64,000 nucleotides of DNA from NCBI RefSeq assembly GCF_009914755.1, contig NC_060925.1. One strand, written 5' to 3'. Made by a program: the position numbers and the translations under genes. The notes below the pieces were generated by a model. That model was given only the letters and a program-made list of their open reading frames with translations, had not been told where the DNA came from and ran no database searches. Positions 14,886 to 26,800 of this stretch are shown piece after piece (position 1 is the stretch's first letter; every line of letters starts with the position of its first letter). Source of the DNA: the human T2T-CHM13v2.0 reference genome, Homo sapiens.

Positions 14886-17800
14886 TTAATTACCAGGAAA
14901 AAATGTATCTCATCACAGAGCTATGAAATAAACTGGAACATCATGATAGAAACAAAAAGCAGGACTAAAATTCTATGTTCTCAAAGCTGAAAAGCAAAGT
15001 TTCTGATGTATGCTTTTAGTTTTTACCATCAATACATAGCTAATTTTCATTATTTTAATTAAGGTTAAAATAATAAAAACCAATTTAACTCTATTTTTTG
15101 TTCCAGAAAAGCACTACAGGTCAATAGCACATTAGAGTTTTGGAAAACAATTTATAAATGAGAACAATCCAGAACAAATGCTTCCTCATACCTTATTTTC
15201 CTATACAAAATTAACTCCAGGTTAGTTATAGCTTTTGTATGCTCAGTCCCCCTCCTTTTCCCCTACTTTGCAAATCATAGGAATCATCCCCCCAGCCACA
15301 GCAAACTGATCCAGGCAGGGAAACATGTTCCAACCTGAGCCAGTCAGCTCCTCTCCCTTGGGAATCTGAATTTGAGTACTGAGAAGGAAAGCAATAGCAG
15401 TCTGAGATGCCTGTCACCTACGGGAAGCATCCTAAAGAAAAAGGTTGCCAGTTCTAGCTGCTGAAATTCCAGGAGCAGGCTTCATCTCAGGCCACCATCC
15501 TGCTCTTCCTTTAAACAAATCCCCATTTTGCTTGAGATAGTTTCTTTCCATTGCTTGCAAACAAAGAACACAAATGATTCACAAAAAAAACTTACTACAA
15601 CATAATATACACCTTGCTGAATTTACATCTTGTACTAGTGAAACTGAATATTAAAATGATTGCTAGATATTAATAACATTTTATGCTGTCAAGGACAATA
15701 CTTTAAAGCATTACTGCAGGATAGAGGAATGATATAATAGTATTTAGTTATTCTGTAACTGTTCTCAGTTTTTCCATGCATTCCTTTTCTTCCTAATTTG
15801 ATGTTTAGTTTAAGGAAGTCGGAAGACAAGTGTTTTGAATTTTCTTTCCATGACTCCTCAGAACCAGAGGCTGTCAAATCCAATTATAGAATAAAATTTT
15901 GGATCAGGAAATGCTAATATGTGTAAGCTTCTAGCTAAGAAGCTCCAAAGGTCCAGGGGAGGTTAAAAAAAAAAAAAGTTTGGAAAGGAATTAAATGATA
16001 TTAGTTTACAAAAGTGACTCTTGATTCTTAACTTGGTTTCACTACTGGGCCTTCTCCTTCCCTAAATCACTCCTTTCTTCGCTCCCCCAAGTGCATTTCT
16101 GCTGTGGTAGAGAGATGAAGGCAGTGAATGATCCTCAGTGTTGTAAACCTGAAACAATGGTCTCTTTTCCAGAATACAGGCCCAAGTGTCAAGGGCTACC
16201 AATTTCATGCACAAAGCCCAGAGGCATTTTTCAGGCTAGTTAGGCCTCTGTGTCTTATCTTTGTCCTTTTGCTTTGAATATATGAACAACCTACTGTAAT
16301 CACAGAGCTCAAAATGAACATCAGGAAGTCAGTGGCCACTATGGATTACAGGAGAGAGCAGCAGTGTCTCAGATCCCATGCCCCTGAACTATTTCAGCAA
16401 CCAAAAAAGGGTTGCTATTTTTTTGTCTAATCTTCAAACTTCTTAAGAGCCTAAAAATCTTTGGAGTCAATGCTTATTATCTATGCTGCTTTCAGGGTAA
16501 AGATTGTAAGATCTGTGTCTCCTCCTTTCCAGATGAAACATGTTACCATTCACCAAAACTAAAGCACTTATCAATCCACAGCAATAAAGCAGTTATAAAT
16601 GATGATTGTTCTTTCATGAAAGCATTCACATAACTGCAATTAGCTTATGATTCCAAAGTAGAGCAGGTTAAGTTACTACCAGCAAGTTGATCAAATTTAA
16701 CTATGTAGCAGTAACCAGACACACTAGACAGCAAGAGAAAAAAATACACAGGGTATCTGAATTTCTTTCTAGCAAAGATATCCCAGCTCAGTTATCCATT
16801 AAAGGTTTAAAGGTATCCACTTTACTTTGCATGATTATAGTTACCTTCTAGTTTCATACACACATAAATGTCACAAATGATGAAAACCTCAGATACCTTA
16901 TATTTTAGACCTAACATTACTATTATGAAATAACTTCTCACAATGAAAGTGGAAAGGGGCCTTGCCTGAGAGAATCTTAGGTTCCTAATTAAGAAGCTTT
17001 AGACTCTGGGTACCAAACTCTAATATTCTTTCACACTCACCAAACCAGGGTCATAGATGAGGCCATAAGACATCCAACCAAAAATGTATAAACCAACGAT
17101 GTCACACAGCTCTTTGTAAATGTTTGATAAAAATTCACCTAATTAAATTCATGAAAATATTTTCTTAAAAACACATTGAAATTAAACTACAGATTTCAAG
17201 TCAAAAAAGTTTTCTCAATAATAAAATTCTTCCTTTAAAAAAGATGTTAAAACTTAATATAGACAAAAATCTCATTTTTAGAAATCTCATGGAGCCTCTT
17301 TTCAAAAAAGAATTTTGTTATATGAATCAAATATAAATTTTGGTTCAATGTAAAGAACTATCCCATCCCAGAGCCAGATTAGCCACAGGAACTCCCCTTC
17401 ATTTATTGTTCTTTTCATTGCTTTCAGCAGGCAATACTGAATGTTGATGTTTCTGTTGCTAAAAGTATTACAATAGTCACCAATTTTAATTTATCAATAT
17501 GTAGCTCATCCACACTAATCTTTGGTGTCAACATCTGACACAGTCCCTGAGAGATAAGATAGCTGGATTCGTATCCAGTTACAGAAAGAAAGCTATTAAG
17601 TAAATATCAATTTATTGGTTCATTCTAGATTTGCTCTAGGCAACAGTTTTTCTTAGAGATACTTGTAAACATCCAACAAACCCATCCATTCCCACCAAAG
17701 TTAAAGAAACAGAATAATTTTGATCAGACACCACTGAGATGGTCTCATACACGTTTAAAAACTCATGCCTCAAAAGTAGAGCTGACAGGATACTATATTT

Positions 17801-20800
17801 ACTAACTGCAATAGGACATCCTCATTGACCGAACATTGAGATTTACTGTCCTCAGCGGGGAATAACTAGTTACTAGAACCCCACATGGTATTCAGTCGAA
17901 ATATGTTGAGGAGATACATGAAAAAGATATAAATATCAGTTACCTATTTTCTCCTAAAAACAAGAGATAAGATTTTAATATAAACAAAGACTTTGAATGG
18001 TACAATGTAAAAAATTCCAGCTGAAAAACTAAATAACAAATGTTAATCCAAGGAATGCTAGGAATTCCGCCTTAAATGTATGCCACCAGTCAATTAAATT
18101 GTCCAGAGAGATGTTAAAACAATTACAAGAAAGGGTTACTATTATTTATTTCAAATAAATTTCCAGGGGTGATCTTGCCACCCAGAATACATTGGTTGAG
18201 TATTTCCCTTCTGCTTCATATAGTATTAGGTGCTACAGAATAAGAAAAGGAAGAAGTCTCCCTTTTGAGAAAATTTACATTATAGTAGAGAAAGCACAGT
18301 AACCAAACAGAACAAGATTTAACCAAGTATAGTATAACAGACATTGGTAAATACTTATATACTAGGGAAATGCTATAAATGATATAAAAAGAATCAGAAA
18401 AATGGAAATAGCAATTGTTATAAACCTGGAAGAATGGCTTACCTTAAATGCTAATTACCTACTATCCTTAAAATTATGGGAAGTAGTCTGGCAGATCATT
18501 TTAGCTGTACAAGGTCAAGGCATTAAATAATACTAACGTTATTTTCTTTTAAATTATCTTTCACCTTTTCTATTTCAAGGAGAAAGTTTTAGTTTGCTGC
18601 TGATATGTCTTTTATGCTTCTTTAACACTAATAGTGGTTTCAGATCTTCAGCAGATACTTGTATCTAGCTAGAAAATAGTAATATTTTTTCAGTATGTTT
18701 ATTTTTATAGCAAGCTTTTATAAACATATATCAAGTGATGGGGTGTGCTTTCCCTTATGACTAACTTTAGTATTTTCTCTTTTTATTGACTTTGAAGCCT
18801 TGGAGAGAATACACACGGAACACTGCTCTAGCCTTTCCCGATCACAGGCAACTTCATGTGTGTCATTATAACCAAGACCACCGAAGTTACTTTCCTCAAG
18901 AACAATAAATAAGTAAGCCTTTGCTTAAAGCCTGGTATAAACTACTATAGTTAAGAAGTTTCTGTAGCTTCTACTCAGCAAAATACAGAAAACAAAGCAC
19001 AGTATTTTACTTTGAGAGAACTGGGGAAAAAACAGTATTAGGCTTCCTTTTGTGATGCCAGAAAGGGACTTTCTTGGTCCCATACTTTAACCTCTTGAGA
19101 AACGTATTAGACTAGTACCTTTCTCCATCCCGACCTTCTCAACACTTTTGCTTACACAGCAGTTGTCCCCCAGATTGTGAGCTCCTTGTGGGCACAATCC
19201 CTGCCTTTTTCAGATTTTTGACTCCCAGGCTAAGTGATCCCCTGCAGATACTCAATGTTTACTAGATGAATGACCTGTACCCAGGGTTGGGCCTCTATTT
19301 AATTCTTCTCTCTTCTTCTTAAAATAAATATTGATTTAAAATTAAGGCAGCAGTAGTGGTTGTCCTTTGATGCAAGTCCTACATATTTATGGATCTGGGG
19401 AACCTACCAAGTTATAAATAACTCCCCATAAATCCTGAATCTGAACAACACAGGCCTTAAGCGCTGTTAAGAGTGAAAACGCCACTAGGTTTGCATCTAT
19501 TGTTTCCAAAAAGGCATTTTATACATTAAAATTTATCATTAAATGCAATGCCAGTTTTTCTTTTTAAAACTATATTTTATGTTGGGAGAAAGTCCTTATG
19601 AGTCTACTGGTGAAATACGGATACATTATGTGTACATCACTTCTGGAGAAACAGTACTGAATAAAATTTGAACTCATGACATAAATATGGCAGAATATAT
19701 TAAACTCTAACAAAGGACATATTTTCACTAACACACAAAACTTAAGACATCAAACAAGGCAATCCAAGCTCACAATGTCTTACTGTTGATTTTTTCCAGC
19801 TCTCTATACACACTCACTAAGAACTTCAACATTCCAATTTTATAACCTAGGGGAACTTCATTAAGTAGATGCCAGCTTACTAGGGCTAACCAAATAATAC
19901 AAAGTTACCAAGGTAAATCACAAAAGAGATAATGCTTAAATCTATTCATTACTCATCTATTTTTTGCTAACAAGACTAATAAAGAATCCTAATGATACAC
20001 TTTTAAAAAGCACTAAAAGAACATAAGGATTCTATAAGGAAGGTAGTTAAGTCAAAAATACACAGGTGAGGGAAGTCTGCCCAACAAGGCCCCTCATTTG
20101 TTTCTCCACTATCTTCAGCTAACATTTTAAAGCCAAACTTAGTTCCTTCTCAATCACTTCTCTAGCCTTTCCAAGGGCATCAGATCAGGTTGGTCCATGA
20201 CTTCAAGACTACTTTCTCGGTAACATTAGTAACACCTTCTCCAAGCTACAAACTACTTCTAATATTTCTCCATAGAATATTAAAATTGAGGATCCTTTAG
20301 AATAAATACCATAATGGTTGTGTTCTCCAAACCTTCTTACAACCCATAGTGTAGCTCAACCTGAGCTATTTCCATATTAACGAGATGTCAAGATGTCAGT
20401 GAAGGAGACACACAGGCCTCAGCCTCTCTCCCGCTGTCGACAGCAAGAAAGCTCGGTATTCGGATACGTCTTCCCCACAGCATGACCAGATCTGAATGTA
20501 AGACAAAAGGTAGGTAAAGGCTGGATTTCTGGAGTATTTCCTAAGAAAGTGCGGGGCAGGAATTTAATGGCAACACCCTGAAGATTGCTAAGGTACAAAG
20601 TGTGTTGCCAGAGGGGTGGAGAAATAATAGGCTGGAAGGGAAGGAGGGAGAGGTGGTAGTGACAGTTTCCTAAGAGGCAATTAGTGCAACAGCTATTTCA
20701 GAATGGGCAGGGTGGATTTCTAAATGAAAACAAAACAAAACGAAACAAGGTAAATCAGAGAATATTTGCAGTATTTGCATTTAGCTTTTTAACATACCTG

Positions 20801-21954
20801 TGATTTCACTGTTTCTGCATGCTCAAAATGGTATTCAAGGGGGCCTATAACTTACTAGAACATATACAGCATGGCACCATCATATCATGCCATGCATGTT
20901 CAAAAACAAATATTCTTGCAACCTAAACAGATAGCAGTTAACTTCAAATATTACATTATGCTTTGTTTTGAAAGTGGTTATTGCTCATCTGCTTAGAATT
21001 TTGAAACTGGAGAGAGTTATCTGAGAGCCTTTACAAAGGCCTTACCCTGTATGCTGCGTCAAAGGAAACGACAAATAGGAAGAAAGGTTACACTGAAAAC
21101 CACGTGTCTCCCGTTAGAAGTACATTACCACCTCGTTTTCCGAAAGTTCACTTTCGATGTCACCTTAACAATGCAAATATTTATTTCCAAATACTCAATT
21201 TGACATCCATGTATTTACTTCCCTCACTTTTTTTGAACAGAGAAGGGATTCCTTCCTCTGGGACCAACTAGTAAAAGTAATTTCTCCTTAACTTTCATGT
21301 ATGGAGCACACTGTAAAAACAAAAACAAAAACAAGAAACTCAGGGCCCTAAAACAACAGTCCAAAGCCCAGAGGTGGGTGGGTTTGGATGTCAACAAAGT
21401 GGACCAGAGGAAGCAAAGCACTGCATGCCACGGTCCTGCAGATGGGGGATCGGTGAGTCTGATTTCAGGACGTTTCGAAACAATCCACTCCCACTCCGCC
21501 GCCCTGGGCGGGGCGGGGGGGCGGTGATGGGGGGTTCTGCCGTCGCGCCGGGTCTCCGCCCGCAGTCGGAAGAGTTGGGAGCAGGCCTCGGGCGGTAGCT
21601 CCTCAAACTCGGACCGCATCCCACCTCCACCCCGGCCTCAGTCCCGGCGCTGAGCACCACTCGCCAGACGCAAAACTGCAACTGCCAGGCATCGCGCATC
21701 TCTCAAAGGCTCCCCGCCAGCCCACCTCTTCCTCCAGGGCCACCCCAAGTTTCACCCGACGCTCCAGGTCAGGGGTCCCCGACCTCCCGCCATTTCTCCA
21801 CGTAGCCGCAGCTCAGGACAGGAGGAGAGAGCCTCAAGGTGACACCTCATTTTGGCCAGTGGATCCGGGTTCTGGGTCCGAGTTCCCGGGCACCAGGAGC
21901 CAGGCAGCCCGAGCTCCCGGGCCCGGCTTCCCATGAGAGGCCCCGTCGCCTCAC

Positions 21955-22137
21955 CTGGCAGCGGCACACGATGTCGGCGTCCTGCGCCAGCAGGTCCACC
22001 ACCTTCCCTTTGCCTTCGTCGCCCCACTGCGCACCGAGCACCACCGTCACCCGGTTTCCTCCGGGCCGCGCCCTGGGGCGGCCGCAATCGCCGTTGGGCA
22101 GGGAGGATGCCGCCGGGTAGGTCTCGGCGAACGCCAT
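21955..22137 (-). CDS. ADSS2: ADSS2 coding exon 1 (183 nt): [61 protein letters not shown]
   Basis: Kozak GGAGCCATGG with ATG at 22137; adenylosuccinate synthetase P-loop signature QWGDEGKGK; donor CAG|GTGAGG at 21954. Confidence 0.98.
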
Positions 22138-22580
22138 GGCTCCAGTGACGCGAGGAGAGCCCGAAGGAGAGGCGGCCGGCGAGGAGTGAGCGAACTGAAC
22201 TGCTCTGCGGCCGCCAGCCACATGCAGAGGAAGAAGGAGCCAGAGGCCGGCCCCGCCCCCGCCCCGCCGGGCCGCCACCCTCCAGCCAGTCCCCGCCCCG
22301 CTCTCCGCCACAGCCCGCTCAAGGGGGTACCATGACTGCCCCGCGCAGGCCGGCCTCGGCAGCACCGCCCGCAGGAAGAGGCCCTGGTGGCGGCAACGGC
22401 CGCCACCCCGGACCGAGGCCACGCCCCTTCCGCGGCCTGGCGCGCCACTCCCGTGCAAACCTCGCGAGCGGAAAAGGTCAGGGGCGGGGCTTCGAGAGCG
22501 CTTCTCCTTCAGCACCCCGCCTACCCGCTCTACCTCTCGCTTTCAAACTGGAGAGGCGCGGAAGCGCGTGTGGAGCGTCG

Positions 22581-22601
22581 GACTACAAATCCCAGCATGC
22601 A
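22581..22601 (+). promoter_or_regulatory. ZNF143/THAP11-type motif GACTACAAATCCCAGCATGCA
   Basis: Close match to the ACTACAnnTCCCAnnATGC consensus typical of bidirectional housekeeping promoters; an ETS/GABPA site CCGGAAGT lies at 22773-22780. Confidence 0.8.
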
Positions 22602-22879
22602 ACGCTCTGGGCTGCGGCGGTGTATTCTGGGGCCACTGTGTCTGCCATCTGCAGGTTTGTCTGGATTTGTCTTTATTAAGGAATGAATGTGTACAAAATA
22701 CAAACTGTGGAATTTCGCAGTACAAACAGCATAAAATCGGAACGTGTAAGTGTAGAATTGGAAATTAAAAGTCCGGAAGTAACAGAGATGGGGACAGGGA
22801 TCAAAAAAGACAAAATTCAAAAGTAAGGCAATAAGATAAAGGACATGAGACCTGAAATCAATAGATCAAATAAAGTCCT

Positions 22880-23125
22880 AATCCTCATTTTACATAGTAG
22901 TAACAAAGGCTCAGAGAGGAGGAGTGGATTACCTATGTCGCATATAGTACATATATGCAGATACCGTCATGCACTTCTTTATTTTTTAATCCCCACAACC
23001 ATATAAGGTAGGTGATCCTCTATTATCCTTATTTTACAGGATTTAAAAGCTGGGTAACTTGCCCTAGTGAGGCTTGAATTGGTACTTCGATAATCTAAGT
23101 CCAGAGCCCATGTCCTTCCTGTAGA
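22880..23125 (-). mobile_element. MIR fragments
   Basis: CTCATTTTACA..AGGCTCAGAGAGG and TTTAATCCCCACAACC..AGGTAGGT..TATTATCCTTATTTTACAG. Confidence 0.65.
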
Positions 23126-23825
23126 TTCCACTGTCTCTCAGTTACATTTGTAACTAGATTCTGGTGTATACCTACTGTTCATCTAATGCCCTTTCGACAC
23201 CAACACAAATTAACTATGATGTTTAATTCTGATAAAAGGTGCTTCGAAAAAAAGTGGGAATGGAATCACATTATATGTACCGTCTCCCAAATCGCCTGTA
23301 CATACTGTATGTTCACTAATGGTCCCTAGAGTACACTTTAGTATTTTATTTCTAGTCAATGAGTTAAGTCAGGAACATTGAGAACCTGCTATTAACTAAC
23401 TAAGTGTCCTGGGCACTGATAACATAGGAGAAATAAAGATACAATTCAGCCCTCAAGGATTCAAATTATTTGGTCTATTGATTAGTAAACAATTATAATA
23501 CTATGTGATAATTGTTGTCTATCTTGGCCTTATTACAAGATCACAAACATTTTGGAAACAAGAATGCCATCTATTTCTTTCTAGTCAAATGCCCGAGGTA
23601 GTGTTGGGCAGATAGTAGATACTGAATAAGCACACCTTACTAGTCATTTCCATTCAATTTTTTAAAATCATTTATGGGAGACTGATTTGAGTAATAATAA
23701 AACTCTGGTTTCCTGCACAGCCAGCTCTACATGAATTACTCTTTCTCTATTGCCATTTGCCTGTCTTGATGAATTGGCTCTGTCTAGGCAGTGGACAAGG
23801 TGAACCCCTTGGGCGGTTACAAATT

Positions 23826-23843
23826 TGGGGGCTTGTCTGGCAT
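23826..23843 (+). other. Retroviral primer-binding site, tRNA-Pro type
   Basis: TGGGGGCTTGTCTGGCAT matches TGGGGGCTCGTCCGGGAT at 15/18 and sits 4 nt after the U5 end. Confidence 0.85.
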
Positions 23844-26800
23844 TGCCTTTGTGGCTACCTACTCGTGGTTCAGTGGCCCCCCTCCAGCAATGGATCCAGA
23901 AGCCTGCCCAAGCGGCCACCCAGTTCTCTTGGACTGGGGGCTGACTCTGGTACTCTCTCTACTGGTGGGGTGCTGCCAACCCAGTGTGCATGGATTTAAT
24001 TGCAATGGAGAAATAGCCCCGGGGAGACGTCCCTTAACTGTAACCCTATCACAGGGTGTCTGTCTGTAGCCCCATTGCAGGGCAGGGTGTCTGGATTGGT
24101 GAGTATCCTAGGTGCTGCCAACGCCTCCTTTCTCCCAACTGGTTCTGTAGCCCTATGGTGAGGTGTCTGTAGCCCCATTGCAGGGTGTCTGTTCGGCTCC
24201 TGGGGGGGTCTCATTTGGCTCTTTCTAACTAGTAGGAAGAGTCCAGGTTTGGGAGACTTCTCCTGAATCAGGAAGATTTCAAGGAGGTTTCTCAGAAGGA
24301 GAATAGGAGGATAGTTTGGAAGGGATACTCCCGGAGTTCTTGGTTAGGGATCTGATTGGGAACGCCTTCTGTCCTCTCGTCTTTGTGTGCGTTTGTATAT
24401 GTGGAAGGGATCTCAGAAGAGGTTGCTGATGGAAGTCCAGCAGACCTAACTCAAAACCCTCCTTATTTGTCTGGTCACATTTGATGAGCCCTACAGAAGG
24501 CTCAACAGGCCTGTCTCGGGGTGACTATCTGCTCTTCGTCTTGCCCAGAGACCCCATTGTGAATTACCGTTCGGAGGTCATCCCTCCCCACCTGGAGTGG
24601 ATCAAAGACAACAGGGACCAAAGAGAAAAAGTTTTTGAGCTTTGCCAGGCTGATATTGGGAGCTGAACGAGGTGGCTAATGTGTGTTTTGTTATGTGTGT
24701 TTTGCTGGGATGGAAAATGTTAATTCGGTTCCCCATGCAGCCCGCTGGGCAGCATCTTGCAAATTAAGAATCTCGTCTATGTTTCCATAAAACAGTAAAG
24801 GGTGATTTTCTCTTGTAAAGTGGCTTGAACCCCACAGCTATAGCACAAGCAAGCAGGGTCATCAAAAGCCACTCCATTCTTCTGGAAACTGCAGAGAAAG
24901 GGAACCCGGAAATCTGGTATGCCGGCACAGAGGGTATGAAATTCTTACCGGACCGGTTTGTGGTCTCTCTCTCTCTTTCTCAGTAAATAGTAAACTGTTT
25001 GCCTCCTCTGCAAGGGTTTGATGAATGGAAAAAAGGATTTGTGAGACTAGTCTTAGGCTGTAGCAAATCTGGTGTAGTTTTGTGCTAAGAATTTGTCTTT
25101 CTGTGTTCTGTAGTGGATAGATGGGTGTCACAGGATAGAACGTGGGTTTAGGACCCCTATAAGCCTGCTTTTCAAGCCGGCTTGGCAGGCTGGTCAGTTA
25201 CAAACTTTGCTACAGGTCCCTGAAGCCAATACTGTATGAAATTTCTCTGTCTTGTTTTGTGTCCTGAAGAGCTTAACTTTGTGACCATGTGGAGATACTT
25301 TCTCTTGGTTTCCACCATCTAGAAGACAGGAATTTGGGGATTTTTAGGTTAGCCCTAAGAATTTTCTTGAGCAGTTAAAAGCCTTTGCAAGCTTGAAACT
25401 GGCTTCTGTAGGCTCCTTCTGGGAAGCACAATAGAAACTGCTCAATACTGTGTAACTCAGTAGCTAAGGTTTTGCCTCTTGACAGTGGGGGGTCTGGGTT
25501 CTATTCCTGGCTTCTGGAATGATTCCCTTCTGGTTTTTTATTTATGTAACTTTGCCATTTATTGAGGTTCCCGCGTCCCCCCGCTCCCATGAATAGCTTC
25601 TGATTTCCTGTCTTGAATTTTCCTTTCTCTAAACTACCCTGGGGGAGATTCTACATCTTGTAGAAAAAAAAACTGCTTACCATCTCTTTGAGACACCTGT
25701 GTGTCCATGGTTATAAACTTAGTTAAAACTTAATTTCAGGTGGGAAGTTACCTGTGGTAGAATTCAAAAGCCAAAAATATTGGCCGCTTGGCGTGGCTAA
25801 AGTTGGGTATAAAATTTTTAAGGGTTTTTTTTTTTTTTTAAAGAGCGCTATGGTTAAAAGTCAGCTTAATTAAAAGTGGATAAACAAGCTGTAGGTATAT
25901 TTAAAAGGCCTTTATGTTTCTCTCTTCTTGGATCTTGTTTTTCTGGAAAAAGATTATTTTTCTGGAAAAAGGTCTTTTTTTCCTTCTCAGTCAACTGAAT
26001 TATTTTCCTCCACTTTTTTGTTTTGCCTATCTTAATGTACACATGAGAGGCCCTGAGATAGCTTCTGGTAGCCTGGGACTCCTTGGGAAAAACAGGAGGC
26101 ACCACAGACCCCGTTTTGGAAAAAAGCTCTGTTTTCCTCATGAAACCCCAAGAATTAAAAGCAGACAGATCCCTCTCAAAATCCAAGGCTCTATTCTGTT
26201 TTGCATTGTGTTATCTGACGGTTTTGAGTTTTAGGGGCATCAGAAATTACTTCTCATTCTGAGAGAGCTTTGGTGTATAACAACTAGGTAGGAAATATAC
26301 TTTAGGAGTTGGCTAATAGTAGTTACGGAGGCATACTTGGCTCTTCGCACACTTGGATCAGAGAAGCATGCTTTGGCCACCTGGAAGACATGGAAACACC
26401 CCCCCGCCCCCCAACAGAGAGATGAGAATCCCATGGGGGATGGTCTAATTACAAATGGACTGATTGGCTTTGGGTTGCGTTGCAGTGAAATGCATAGTTG
26501 GTAAAAGCACTGCACTGTCTTCTCTCGAAGTATTTCCGTCCTCTTGGGATCCAGGATCCAGTGTAAAGCGGCACCCTTAATTTTAAGAATCCGTCTTTGC
26601 CTTCAGCTGCTTGTTTGGCCCTAGAAACACAAGCTTTCCTAGCCCTGTTCCTCCAGGGGCTCCACCCTGAAGCCAGTAATCCAATTAAGAAACTGGCAAA
26701 CAAAAAATCTTACAGGTGCTGAATCTTCTCTCTGGTGTGTGATGTTTATATATAAAAGAGCTCTGATTAATTGCCTTAGAAAAATGAGCGCTTACATCAC

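Larger units (their letters stand above)
21480..22640. promoter_or_regulatory. CpG island / ADSS2 promoter
   Basis: Very high GC and CpG density; GC boxes at 22251-22268 and 22481-22489; CTCGCGAG (BANP-like core) at 22461-22468. Confidence 0.93.

Noticed and set aside
15280-15570. Possible old ERVL/MaLR LTR fragment
   Set aside because: The resemblance is too degenerate to assign a family or boundaries without an alignment.
20433-20444. Perfect 12-bp palindrome GCTGTCGACAGC and nearby octamer motifs (20773, 21171)
   Set aside because: Matches this short are expected by chance in 64 kb; no independent support.
21847-22515. 222-aa ORF as a complete protein
   Set aside because: Only 22137-21955 is ADSS2 exon 1; the rest is GC-rich leader and read-through past the splice donor.
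21224-22820. Overlapping ORFs on both strands of the ADSS2 CpG island (and at 31446-32021 in the CATSPERE island)
   Set aside because: Stop codons are scarce in GC-rich DNA; no homology or splice support beyond the called exons.
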